Assembly: GCA_963677435.1 (NCBI GenBank)
Contig: OY781945.1
Location: 1,568,001 to 1,632,000, forward strand
Source of the DNA: an uncultured Aliarcobacter sp.
GTDB lineage: Bacteria; Campylobacterota; Campylobacteria; Campylobacterales; Arcobacteraceae
Direction of reading: 5' to 3'
Length of the DNA stretch: 64,000 bases
Position 1 is the stretch's first letter, and each line of letters opens with the position of its first letter. The translations under genes were made by a program, and so were the position numbers. Positions 1-9,214 of the stretch are shown here, in pieces. Below the pieces are notes generated by a model. The model saw only the letters and a program-made list of their open reading frames with translations. It was not told where the DNA came from and ran no database searches.

Positions 1-212
1 TAGACGAAAAAGCACATAGTAGAATAAATACAGCCTACATGTCTTCTATGTTTGTAGGTGGTTCAATTGGAACTTTTATTGGAGTATTATGTTGGGAAAA
101 AGGTGGTTGGAATTTTGTAACTTTGCAATTACTTGTACTTTCTATTATATCATTAGGGATAATTATTTATAGTTATATAAATAAAAATGTAGTCTCAGTT
201 AATAAAAAGTAA
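1..212 (+). CDS. MFS transporter, C-terminal part (truncated by window edge)
   Basis: Manual translation from base 3: DEKAHSRINTAYMSSMFVGGSIGTFIGVLCWEKGGWNFVTLQLLVLSIISLGIII...*; resembles the last two TM helices of MFS permeases; stop TAA 210-212. Confidence 0.75.
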   Translation, partial: DEKAHSRINTAYMSSMFVGGSIGTFIGVLCWEKGGWNFVTLQLLVLSIISLGIIIYSYINKNVVSVNKK

Positions 213-237
213 TGAATTACAATTCATTACTTTTTAT
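202..237 (+). terminator. Intrinsic terminator-like hairpin
   Basis: Perfect inverted repeat ATAAAAAGTAATGAATT / AATTCATTACTTTTTAT spanning the MFS stop codon. Confidence 0.7.
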
Positions 238-323
238 GTTATTTTTATAAATAAAACGGTTATTTTATTTGATTTTTTTAATTTATTAGGATAAGATTAT
301 TATAAATACAAATGGAAAATACT

Positions 324-1778
324 ATGAAAAAATTGCAAATATTTATGATAGTTCTAAGTATTGTTTTTTTCACATCTTGTGATAATAAAGATGTAAATTC
401 TAATAAAAAAATCATTACAATATTAGTTCCAAATTTTGATAAAGCAATTGCTGGTCCCATAAAAGAAGAGCTAAATACCTTTGAAAAGAAAACAGGAGCA
501 AAAGTAAGAATAGTCGCTCCTAGTTGGGATGATATGATTCCAAAAATAAAAGAGTCCTTTGAGGATGATAAAATAAATTATGATGTATTTGTTATTTTTT
601 CTTCTTGGGCTGGGTCTATTTTAGCAAATGATCATGCACTAGAAATATCTAAAGAAATTCAAAAAAAAATAGATTGGGATGATATTCTCCCTATATATAA
701 AAATCATGTTCTATCTTGGAATAAAAAATATTATTTTTTTCCTTATGATGGAGACAATATTAATATATACTATAGAAAAGACATATTTAAAAATGAGGAT
801 TATAAAAAAAGATTTTTACAAGAATATGGATATGAATTAGATGTTCCAAAAACTTGGTCTGAATATGGTGATATTGCTAAATTTTTTAATGGTTGGGATT
901 GGAATAATGATGGAAAAATTGATTATGGCATTGCAGAACCTCGATTAAAAGGTTATGGAACAATGCTTCAGTTTTTTGCAAAAGCCGCAGCTTATGCTAA
1001 ATACCCAAATGAAAAAACATTCTATTTTGATATGAATATGAATCCACAAATAAATAATCCAGGATTTGTAAAAGCCTTAGAAGAGTATATACAAATCATG
1101 CAATATGCACCACCTGCTATAATTAATTTTTCTCCCATAGAAGTTAGACAGAGTTTTATAGCAGGCGATGTTGTTATGGCTATTGATTGGGCAGATTTAG
1201 GAGCTATGGCTCAGAACTCTAAAGAATCTAGGGTAAAAAATAAAGTTGGATATATAAAACTTCCAGGATCAAATAGCGTATATAATTCAAAAGAAAAAAA
1301 ATGGGAAGATATATATAATGAGCCTTCAGCAATTAATGGTAATTGGGTAATCGTAGTTAATAAAGATTCAAAAAATCAAGAGTTAGCTTTGGCGTTTGCT
1401 TTATTTATGACATCTAAGGAAATGACTGGAAAATATATAACAAAAGGCTGGAGTGGAATTAATCCTTCTAGGTATTCACATTTGCAAACTAAGGATTTAA
1501 CGAAGTGGGAAGAAAATGATTTTTCAAAAAAATCAGCAAAAGAGTATTTAAAAACTATTTCAGAATCACTATCAAATGAAAATGTAGTACTTGATATAAG
1601 AGTTCCAGGTGCTGATTTGTATTATGATAGTTTTGATAAAAATTTAAATAAAGCAATTCAAAAAGAGTTAACTCCAAAAGAAGCTTTAGATTTAACAGCT
1701 AAGCAATGGAATGAAATCACTAAAAAAATAGGATTAGAAAAACAGATTAAATTCTATAAGGAGTCTATTAATGAGTGA
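324..1778 (+). CDS. Extracellular solute-binding lipoprotein (sugar ABC-type, family 1)
   Basis: Lipobox FFTS-C; motifs PYDGD...YYRKD, PKTWSEY, IDWAD; start ATG 324 preferred (GGA upstream) over 312. Confidence 0.85.
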   Translation: MKKLQIFMIVLSIVFFTSCDNKDVNSNKKIITILVPNFDKAIAGPIKEELNTFEKKTGAKVRIVAPSWDDMIPKIKESFEDDKINYDVFVIFSSWAGSILANDHALEISKEIQKKIDWDDILPIYKNHVLSWNKKYYFFPYDGDNINIYYRKDIFKNEDYKKRFLQEYGYELDVPKTWSEYGDIAKFFNGWDWNNDGKIDYGIAEPRLKGYGTMLQFFAKAAAYAKYPNEKTFYFDMNMNPQINNPGFVKALEEYIQIMQYAPPAIINFSPIEVRQSFIAGDVVMAIDWADLGAMAQNSKESRVKNKVGYIKLPGSNSVYNSKEKKWEDIYNEPSAINGNWVIVVNKDSKNQELALAFALFMTSKEMTGKYITKGWSGINPSRYSHLQTKDLTKWEENDFSKKSAKEYLKTISESLSNENVVLDIRVPGADLYYDSFDKNLNKAIQKELTPKEALDLTAKQWNEITKKIGLEKQIKFYKESINE

Positions 1779-3660
1779 ATTAAAAATAAAAGATATAAGT
1801 ATATATAGTTTTTTAGTACTAATTTTCGGAGTAGTTTTAATTGGCACTGTTTTATTTGTCTCTCTTAATAAAATTAAATCTCTAAATGACCAACTAACAG
1901 TATTTTCAAATGCAAAAAATAGCTTTTTAGAAGTAAAAATAAACAGTGAAAATATTTTAATAACAAGAGATTTAGATGAAATTATAAAATATTGGAATAA
2001 TTCTATAGAAAAATTTGATAAAAGTATCAACTCTTTACCTCTTACACAAAAGAAAAAATTTGATGATTTGTGGTATATAAGTAAAAAAGAGATTAATGAA
2101 ATCAAACTTATCTTAGACAATGTAAATTTAAAACCTCAAAATTTACATCAAAAACCTATTCTTGTTTTAAAAGGTGAATTATTTACTTTAAAAGACAAAA
2201 GTGATCAGTTTATAATAATAGAATCATTAATTAGAAAAATAGAATATCTTTTCCAATATGAAAAATTTATCTTAGATGAATTTAGTGAACTTGATAAACA
2301 TGATAAAGCACATATTGATGAACAAATAACCATCACTACATATTATTCCATGATTTTTATTATATTTATTATTTGTATAACTATTTTTGTGATTTTTATA
2401 ATGAATAGAAAAATCCTAAAAATTGAAACTCAACTTGTATATTCACAAAAAAGTTTAAGTGAAAGTTTGATGGAAACAAAAAATTCAAGATTGTTATTAC
2501 AAAATATTATTGATTCTGTTCCTGCTTCTGTATTTTGGAAAGATAGAAATAATAAATATTTAGGTGTAAATAAATACTTCTTAAATGATGCAAAATGTAA
2601 TAGTCAAGCTGAGGTTATTGGAAAAACTGATTATGAAATGCCATGGAAAGATACAGAAGCTGCAAAATATATTGAAGATGATAATTTAGTAATGCAAAGT
2701 GGCAAATCACAAATACAAATCGAAGAGACTCAAACGGATGAATTTGGCAATATTATTTATGTAATAACTTCAAAAGTTCCTCTTTTAAATATCAAAAATG
2801 AAATAATCGGAATGCTAGGTATTTATATTGATGTAACTGAAAATAGAAGAATCACAAATGAGTTAATTCAAAAAGATAGGCTTCTATCTCAACAATCAAA
2901 AATGGCTGCAATGGGTGAAATGCTTGAGAATATCGCACATCAATGGAGACAACCATTATCTTTTATTCTAACGAGTGCCACAGGAATTAGACTAAAAAGT
3001 GATTATGAGTGTTTAGATATTAACTTTTTAAAAGATACACTTATTGGAATTGAAAATACAATAAAACATTTAAACAAAACAATAGATGATTTTAGGGATT
3101 ATTTCAAAGCAGATAAAGAATGTAAGTTTTTTGAAGTAGAAGCAGTTATTGAAAAATCTCTTTTTATTGTTCAATCAAAACTAAAAAATAGATCGATTGA
3201 TGTTATAAAAAATATTTCACCAGTAAAAGGTTTTGGATTTGAAAATGAATTTATACAAGTTTTAATGAATATTTTTAATAATTCAATAGATGAATTAGAG
3301 AAATCTGAATTAGAAAAGAAACTTATCTTCATTGAGGCAAAAGAGATAGAAATTTGTGGAAGTAGGGTATCTAGTGAAGTTGCACATTGTACTTGTATTG
3401 AGTTGAAAATATATGATAATGCAGGGGGTATTTGTGAAAATATTATTGATAAAGTTTTCAATGCATACTTTACAACAAAAGATGAAGATAAAGGAACAGG
3501 AATTGGACTTTATATGTCAAGTGAAATGATAAAAAAACATATGAAAGGCTCAATCACAGCTGATAATAAAAACTTTGTATATGAAAACAAAGAATATTTA
3601 GGTGCTGAATTTACTATTCTTATTCCATCTGAAGATTATACTATTGTTAGTGAAAAATAG
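1771..3660 (+). CDS. PAS-domain sensor histidine kinase
   Basis: Two TM segments, PAS/PAC (VFWKD...GKTDYEMPW), H-box ENIAHQWRQPL, DNAGG, YFTTK, GTGIGL. Confidence 0.92.
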   Translation: MSELKIKDISIYSFLVLIFGVVLIGTVLFVSLNKIKSLNDQLTVFSNAKNSFLEVKINSENILITRDLDEIIKYWNNSIEKFDKSINSLPLTQKKKFDDLWYISKKEINEIKLILDNVNLKPQNLHQKPILVLKGELFTLKDKSDQFIIIESLIRKIEYLFQYEKFILDEFSELDKHDKAHIDEQITITTYYSMIFIIFIICITIFVIFIMNRKILKIETQLVYSQKSLSESLMETKNSRLLLQNIIDSVPASVFWKDRNNKYLGVNKYFLNDAKCNSQAEVIGKTDYEMPWKDTEAAKYIEDDNLVMQSGKSQIQIEETQTDEFGNIIYVITSKVPLLNIKNEIIGMLGIYIDVTENRRITNELIQKDRLLSQQSKMAAMGEMLENIAHQWRQPLSFILTSATGIRLKSDYECLDINFLKDTLIGIENTIKHLNKTIDDFRDYFKADKECKFFEVEAVIEKSLFIVQSKLKNRSIDVIKNISPVKGFGFENEFIQVLMNIFNNSIDELEKSELEKKLIFIEAKEIEICGSRVSSEVAHCTCIELKIYDNAGGICENIIDKVFNAYFTTKDEDKGTGIGLYMSSEMIKKHMKGSITADNKNFVYENKEYLGAEFTILIPSEDYTIVSEK

Positions 3661-3681
3661 TTTGTATAAGGAAAATATACT

Positions 3682-4533
3682 TTGACATATGTAGTTCCAA
3701 ACTATTTTATAGAAAACAATTATTCAAATCTTTTAAAAATAGATAATTTGCTGTGTTTAAACTATATTACAAAAACAAAAAATAACAATGTAAATGCAAG
3801 AACAACAATGCATACTATGGGTATTTTACTTGAAGGCTCAAAGATAATTCATCTAAGTGATGAAGATATAAATATAGAAAAAAATGACATATTTTTTCTT
3901 ACTCAAAATAATTATTATATGAGTGAAAGGGCAGTAAAAGATTCTAAATATAAATCACTTTTAATATATTTTGATGATAAATTTATTTTTGATTTTTTAA
4001 ATAAATATAATATTCAAATAGATACAAAAGAGCAAGAAAATATTGTAAAAGCTAATTTTAAAAGGGATAAATTATTTGAGAATAGTGTTGAAATATTTCA
4101 AGAGTATTTAAAAATAAAATATGATGAAAATCTTTTAAAGCTAAAAATAGAAGAGATATTTTTACAAACAATTAGATTTAATAAAAATCAAATGGACTCT
4201 TTTTTTAATGCTGTTTTATCAACAAGCCAAGATAGGATTAAATTCATTTTAGAGTCAAATATTGATTTAATACAAAATCTTGAAGATATGTGTAAAATCA
4301 CAAGATTATCTGAAAGCAAAATAAGAGCTTATATTAAAAAAGAGTTTAATCAAACTCCAAAAATTTGGCTTGATACTAAAAGATTAGAAAAAGCTGTTTT
4401 ACTTTTAAAAAATACAAATGATAGTATTACGGATATTTCTACAAGTTGTGGATATTCTACAGTTTCATGGTTTATTTCACAGTTTAAAAAATACCATAAT
4501 CAAACACCAAAAGAATTCCGACATAAAATCTAA
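3682..4533 (+). CDS. AraC-family transcriptional regulator
   Basis: C-terminal AraC HTH (RLEKAVLLL...SITDISTSCGYSTVSWFISQFKKYHNQTPKEFR); TTG start after AAGGA. Confidence 0.9.
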   Translation: MTYVVPNYFIENNYSNLLKIDNLLCLNYITKTKNNNVNARTTMHTMGILLEGSKIIHLSDEDINIEKNDIFFLTQNNYYMSERAVKDSKYKSLLIYFDDKFIFDFLNKYNIQIDTKEQENIVKANFKRDKLFENSVEIFQEYLKIKYDENLLKLKIEEIFLQTIRFNKNQMDSFFNAVLSTSQDRIKFILESNIDLIQNLEDMCKITRLSESKIRAYIKKEFNQTPKIWLDTKRLEKAVLLLKNTNDSITDISTSCGYSTVSWFISQFKKYHNQTPKEFRHKI

Positions 4534-4597
4534 TATTTCTTGTACTTAAAGTTTTTGATTTTTAGTAAAATATACATAAATTTACAAAAGGAAAAAT

Positions 4598-5119
4598 ATG
4601 AAAAAAATATTTTTAGGATTAATTTTTAGTATTGGATTATTTGCCCAAGGATTTACTTTAAGTAGTAATGATATAAGTGGACAACTTTCAAGTGATGAAG
4701 TTTTTAATGGTTTTGGTTGTACTGGAAAAAATATCTCTCCTGAACTTTCTTGGAAAGATGCACCAAAAGGAACAAAATCATTTGCTATTACTGTTTATGA
4801 TCCAGATGCACCAACTGGAAGTGGATGGTGGCATTGGGTAGTTTTTAATATTCCAAAAGATACAACAACTTTAGAAAAAGGTTTTGGAAATAAAGAGAGT
4901 ACAAATATAGTTCAAAGTGTGACTGATTATGGGATTACTGGTTTTGGTGGTGCTTGTCCACCTTTAGGTGACAAAGCTCATAGATATGTTTTTACAGTTT
5001 ATGCATTAGATGTGGATAAACTTGATTTAGACAAAAAAACAAATGCAGCTGTTGTTGGATTTTATGTAAATTCTCATACTTTAGCAAAATCTTCAATTAT
5101 TGCATATTACGGAAGATAA
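4598..5119 (+). CDS. YbhB/YbcL family (PEBP/Raf kinase inhibitor-like) periplasmic protein
   Basis: Signal peptide; NISPELSW, YDPDAPTGSGWWHW, GGACPP..HRY. Confidence 0.93.
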   Translation: MKKIFLGLIFSIGLFAQGFTLSSNDISGQLSSDEVFNGFGCTGKNISPELSWKDAPKGTKSFAITVYDPDAPTGSGWWHWVVFNIPKDTTTLEKGFGNKESTNIVQSVTDYGITGFGGACPPLGDKAHRYVFTVYALDVDKLDLDKKTNAAVVGFYVNSHTLAKSSIIAYYGR

Positions 5120-5129
5120 TTATAAGAAA

Positions 5130-5154
5130 TATCAGTAAGGAAATCCTTACTGAT
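5130..5154. terminator. Terminator hairpin between convergent genes
   Basis: TATCAGTAAGGA / TCCTTACTGATA inverted repeat followed by A-tract (U-tract on minus strand). Confidence 0.75.
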
Positions 5155-5163
5155 AAAAAGAGT

Positions 5164-6612
5164 TTATTGTTTATTTAAATCATATTGTAAATATACAACT
5201 TTTGTTTGTAAATACTCTTCAAGTCCATGTTTTCCATCTGCTCCACCAATTCCAGATTTTCTCCATCCAGCGTGGAAACCTTGCATCGCTTCAAAGTTTT
5301 CTCTATTTATATATGTCTCACCAAATTTTATCTCTTTACAAGCTCTCATTGCCACATCTATATTTTGAGTATAAATAGATGAAGTTAAACCAAATTCACT
5401 ATCATTTGCTAAAGCAATAGCTTCATCCAATGTTTCAAAAGTCATAATAGGTAAAACTGGCCCAAAAATCTCTTCTTGGATAATATTCATATCTTGTGTT
5501 ACATCCACAATTACTGTAGGTTCATAATAAAAACCATCATCTCTAGCAGCTCTTTTACCACCTGTTGTAATAGTTGCCCCAGCTTTTATCGCACTATCAA
5601 CTAAACTTTGCACATGAGCTACCGCAGCTTCATTAATCAGTGGTCCCATGTCAACTTCTTCTGTTAAGGGATTTCCATAAGTTGTAGCTGCCATTGCTTT
5701 TGTGATTTTTTCAGTAAATTCTTTTGCAATACTTTTGTGAACATAAACCCTTTCAGCACAATTACAAACTTGACCATTATTAATTACACGAGAGTTTTTA
5801 ATAGCTTCCACAGCTAAATCAATATTTGCATCAGCCATTACAATAGCAGGGGCTTTTCCACCTAATTCTAATGAAACTTTTGTCACATTTTTAGCAGCAG
5901 CTTCCATAATTTTAACGCCAGTTGGAACGCTTCCTGTAAAACTTACAATTCCAACTTTTTCATGACCTGCAAGGGCATTTCCAACTTCTGAACCTGTTCC
6001 GCTTACAAGGTTAAATACACCTTTTGGAAGACCAACTTCATCTACAAGTTTTGCAAATTCAAAGGCATTATTTGGTGTATCTCCACTTGGTTTTATAACA
6101 ATAGTATTTCCAGTTAAAAGTGCAGGGGCTAATTTTCTAGCAATTAAGAAAAATGGAAAATTCCAAGGTAAAATACCAGCAGTAACACCAATTGGTAATT
6201 TAAATAAAAAGATATTCTCATTTGGTCTATCACTTTGGATAATCTCACCTTCATATCTTCTAGCCCATTCAGCCATATAGTCCATATAATCAGCTGTAAA
6301 ATGAACTTCAACAGTTGCAAGTCCTAAAACTTTTCCTTGCTCTTGAGTTATTGTTCTTGCTAACATATCAGCATTTTCTCTGATTTTTTGTGCAATTTTT
6401 TTAAGGTAGCCAGCTCTCTCAATTGCTGGTAATTTCTCCCATGAAAGCTGAGCTGTATAAGCTGCTTGAACAGCATCATCAACATCTTCAACAGTTCCTT
6501 TTGGAATATAAGAGATAATTTGTTTATCTGACGGATTAATAACAGGTAGGGCGTCAACATGATTGATGAACTCACCATTTATATACATTTGGTAGACTTT
6601 TATTTCTGACAT
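5164..6612 (-). CDS. aldA: Aldehyde dehydrogenase A (lactaldehyde/glycolaldehyde dehydrogenase type)
   Basis: PWNFP, FTGS, LELGGKAP, GQVCNC, EEIFGP; AldA-specific EWARRYEGEIIQSDRPNENI and GIGGADGKHGL. Confidence 0.9.
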   Translation of the reverse strand: MSEIKVYQMYINGEFINHVDALPVINPSDKQIISYIPKGTVEDVDDAVQAAYTAQLSWEKLPAIERAGYLKKIAQKIRENADMLARTITQEQGKVLGLATVEVHFTADYMDYMAEWARRYEGEIIQSDRPNENIFLFKLPIGVTAGILPWNFPFFLIARKLAPALLTGNTIVIKPSGDTPNNAFEFAKLVDEVGLPKGVFNLVSGTGSEVGNALAGHEKVGIVSFTGSVPTGVKIMEAAAKNVTKVSLELGGKAPAIVMADANIDLAVEAIKNSRVINNGQVCNCAERVYVHKSIAKEFTEKITKAMAATTYGNPLTEEVDMGPLINEAAVAHVQSLVDSAIKAGATITTGGKRAARDDGFYYEPTVIVDVTQDMNIIQEEIFGPVLPIMTFETLDEAIALANDSEFGLTSSIYTQNIDVAMRACKEIKFGETYINRENFEAMQGFHAGWRKSGIGGADGKHGLEEYLQTKVVYLQYDLNKQ

Positions 6613-6778
6613 AGTATTCTCCTTAGATTATTTTATAAGCAAGTATAATCTAACGCTTTAATAATTAAAAGAAAATTAAATAAGTAAATAATTATTTGAG
6701 GATTTGTTTAACTATCAAATCTTGTAAATCATTTTTTGTTTTCAATAATTCTTTAAGCAACCATAAGCTAAACTTTTA

Positions 6779-6794
6779 CCAAACAATCGTTTGG
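6779..6794. promoter_or_regulatory. Candidate TetR operator 1
   Basis: Palindrome CCAAAC-AATC-GTTTGG just downstream of a TAAACT -10-like hexamer (6769-6774) and upstream of the TetR ATG. Confidence 0.7.
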
Positions 6795-6802
6795 ATAAAA
6801 AT

Positions 6803-7357
6803 ATGGCAATCAAAAAAACATCAAAAGAAGAGATTTTAAAAGAGTCTATTAAACTTTTTAAAATACGAGGATATTCAAATACTTCTATGGCAAATATTGC
6901 TGAAGCTTGTGGGCTAATAAAAGGAAGTATTTATCATCATTTTAAAAGCAAAGATGAGATAGGTTTGGAATCTTTGAAGTATATTCACGACTATTTTGAA
7001 AAAGAGATTTTTTCTATTGCTTACAGAAGTGATTTGAGTGATAAACAAAAAATCGAGTTAATTGTAAAAAAAACTGATGCTTATTTTTTGCATAGTGAGG
7101 GTGGTTGTTTACTTGGAAATCTGGCTTTAGAAGCTAGCACTTTAAACTTGGATTTTAAAGAGGAGATAAAAGCATATTTTACAGCTTGGGAAAATGCTTT
7201 GATAAAAATATTTGAAAATAAATACTCAAAAATCGAAGCTGCAAATTTAGCAAAAGAGTATGTAGCTTTAACTCAAGGTGCCATAATGATGATGAATTTA
7301 TACGATTCATCTGAAAATTATCTAAAAGTAGGTGAAAAAATCATTAGTTTAATCTAA
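6803..7357 (+). CDS. TetR/AcrR family transcriptional regulator
   Basis: HTH GYSNTSMANIAEACGLIKGSIYHHFKSKDEI; GGCLLGNLALE (NemR/LmrA-like); ATG 6803 preferred over TTG 6791. Confidence 0.92.
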   Translation: MAIKKTSKEEILKESIKLFKIRGYSNTSMANIAEACGLIKGSIYHHFKSKDEIGLESLKYIHDYFEKEIFSIAYRSDLSDKQKIELIVKKTDAYFLHSEGGCLLGNLALEASTLNLDFKEEIKAYFTAWENALIKIFENKYSKIEAANLAKEYVALTQGAIMMMNLYDSSENYLKVGEKIISLI

Positions 7358-7380
7358 TGGTTTTTTTTTATCTTATTTTA

Positions 7381-7396
7381 ACAAACAATCGTTTGG
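7381..7396. promoter_or_regulatory. Candidate TetR operator 2
   Basis: ACAAACAATCGTTTGG, 15/16 identical to 6779-6794, upstream of the HPP gene. Confidence 0.7.
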
Positions 7397-7424
7397 TTGT
7401 TTAAATTTATTAAAAAGGAAAAAT

Positions 7425-7934
7425 ATGAGTTATTTTAAAAAATTCAAAGGGCAGGGCGAAGCACTTCCATCAAAATCGCCAATTAGTGAAATAGCTTTTG
7501 CATGGTTTGGTGGATTTATTTCAATTTTAATTATTGGCTATCTCACAAAATCTTATGATAATCTTTTGGTTATGGGTTCTTTTGGAGCCTCTTGTGTGTT
7601 GTTATTTGGATTTCCTAAAAGTCCATTTTCACAACCTAGAAATGTGATTTTAGGGCATTTCTTATCTACATTCATTGGTTTAGCATTTTTACATATTTTA
7701 GGAAATGAATATTGGAGTATGGCATTAGCTTTGGCAACTGCAATTGCAGTTATGATAGCCACAAGAACAGTTCATCCACCAGCTGGATCAAATCCGTTGA
7801 TAGTGTTTTTATTGGGTGCAAATTGGGATTATTTGATTTTTCCAAGTCTGATGGGTTCTATTATTTTAGTTCTTGTGGCAATTTTCTATAATAATTTGCA
7901 TAAGAATAGAGTTTATCCACAATATTGGATGTAG
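7425..7934 (+). CDS. HPP family membrane protein
   Basis: SFGASCVLLFGFPKSPFSQPRNV and TVHPPAG motifs. Confidence 0.93.
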   Translation: MSYFKKFKGQGEALPSKSPISEIAFAWFGGFISILIIGYLTKSYDNLLVMGSFGASCVLLFGFPKSPFSQPRNVILGHFLSTFIGLAFLHILGNEYWSMALALATAIAVMIATRTVHPPAGSNPLIVFLLGANWDYLIFPSLMGSIILVLVAIFYNNLHKNRVYPQYWM

Positions 7935-7960
7935 TTTTTAAAGTATTGACATTTTAAATG

Positions 7961-8995
7961 TCAATACTCATCTTTGATTTTTGATGTTAATGCAGCATCT
8001 GCAATTTTTAAAATCATATGTTCATAATCTATATTTTCATTTATTTGGAAGGCTTTATAAAAATAACCCTCTTCAAAACTTGGCATAAAATCAGCTTCTA
8101 TAAAATGTAAAATTCCATTGTAACTCATTTTTATATCAATCACTCCCATAGTTTTTCCACCTAAAGCCATAAAAGAGTTAATTGCTAAAGCTGAAACTTC
8201 TTTACGGATTTTTTTATCAACTATTGCAATAACTTCTTCTAAATTACTTTGCTTAGCATCGAAATCTAAAATTTTATGTCCATTTTTATTTTTTGCAGCA
8301 ATGATTTCAATTGGTAATATTGTTAGAATATTTTTTGATTTATTCTCTAAAATAGAAACACTATACTCTTTTCCAGATAGATAATTTTCCACTAAAGTAC
8401 GAGATTTTTGAGTGTTGTAAATATCCAAAACTTTTGCTTGGTATTTTTTGAAATCAAAAACAACAGATTGGGCATTTATTCCCTCTGGATTATTTTTTGA
8501 TACTGGTTTTAAAAATAGGGGAAATGTTACAGGAAGTGAACTCTCTGTTTCATGCTCATCTGGTTGAGTTGTGAAAAATTTCGCAGTATTTAAATTTGCT
8601 TCTTTTACAATAGTTTTTGCATTGTTTTTATCATGTTCATTGTCTAAAACTTCTTTATTTGAAGTAATATATTCAATGTAGTGTTTTTTTAAATACTCAC
8701 TTAACCAAACTTTTTCTTTGTTAAAATTAAAATATTTAACCCCTGAAAATACTAAATCAGGTTTTCTTTTTACTAAAGATTTTAAATCATCTTCTGTGCT
8801 AATAAGCGTAATAATAACCTTCTCATAGCTTTTTGATAAAATACTTAAAATTAGCTCTGCATCAAAGTTAATACCAATATTTTTTGTATCTTTACTAAGA
8901 GGAACAGTTACTATTTCTATTGAGCTATTTATTTTTGTATTTAGTACATTTGGCGTATTTTGTAAGTTTTCGTGAGTTTTAATTTGTTCTATCAT
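7961..8995 (-). CDS. D-Ala-D-Ala ligase-like ATP-grasp protein (degenerate)
   Basis: FPLFLKP, LVENYLSGKEYSV, IDIK...FIEA; glycine loop and ExN motif altered. Confidence 0.7.
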   Translation of the reverse strand: MIEQIKTHENLQNTPNVLNTKINSSIEIVTVPLSKDTKNIGINFDAELILSILSKSYEKVIITLISTEDDLKSLVKRKPDLVFSGVKYFNFNKEKVWLSEYLKKHYIEYITSNKEVLDNEHDKNNAKTIVKEANLNTAKFFTTQPDEHETESSLPVTFPLFLKPVSKNNPEGINAQSVVFDFKKYQAKVLDIYNTQKSRTLVENYLSGKEYSVSILENKSKNILTILPIEIIAAKNKNGHKILDFDAKQSNLEEVIAIVDKKIRKEVSALAINSFMALGGKTMGVIDIKMSYNGILHFIEADFMPSFEEGYFYKAFQINENIDYEHMILKIADAALTSKIKDEY

Positions 8996-9214
8996 TTTAG
9001 ATTATTAAAAGATATTATTGACATATATTTTGTCCTTTTTGTTTATTGGTAATTAGTTTATAAACTACCTAAAGTTACTCAGGTTAGCGTAAATAGTATT
9101 AATTACATATTTTTGAATTATTTACATAAAAATAGAGTTTATTTTCAAACTTGGTTTTAATAAAGGCAAATAATCTTAAAATACCTTAATCAAACAACCA
9201 ATTAAAGGATTTTA

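Noticed and set aside
661..669. Poly-A runs (also near 16596 and 24362) as phase-variation tracts
   Set aside because: A8-A9 runs are common at this AT content and the frames are intact; no long poly-G/C tracts were seen.
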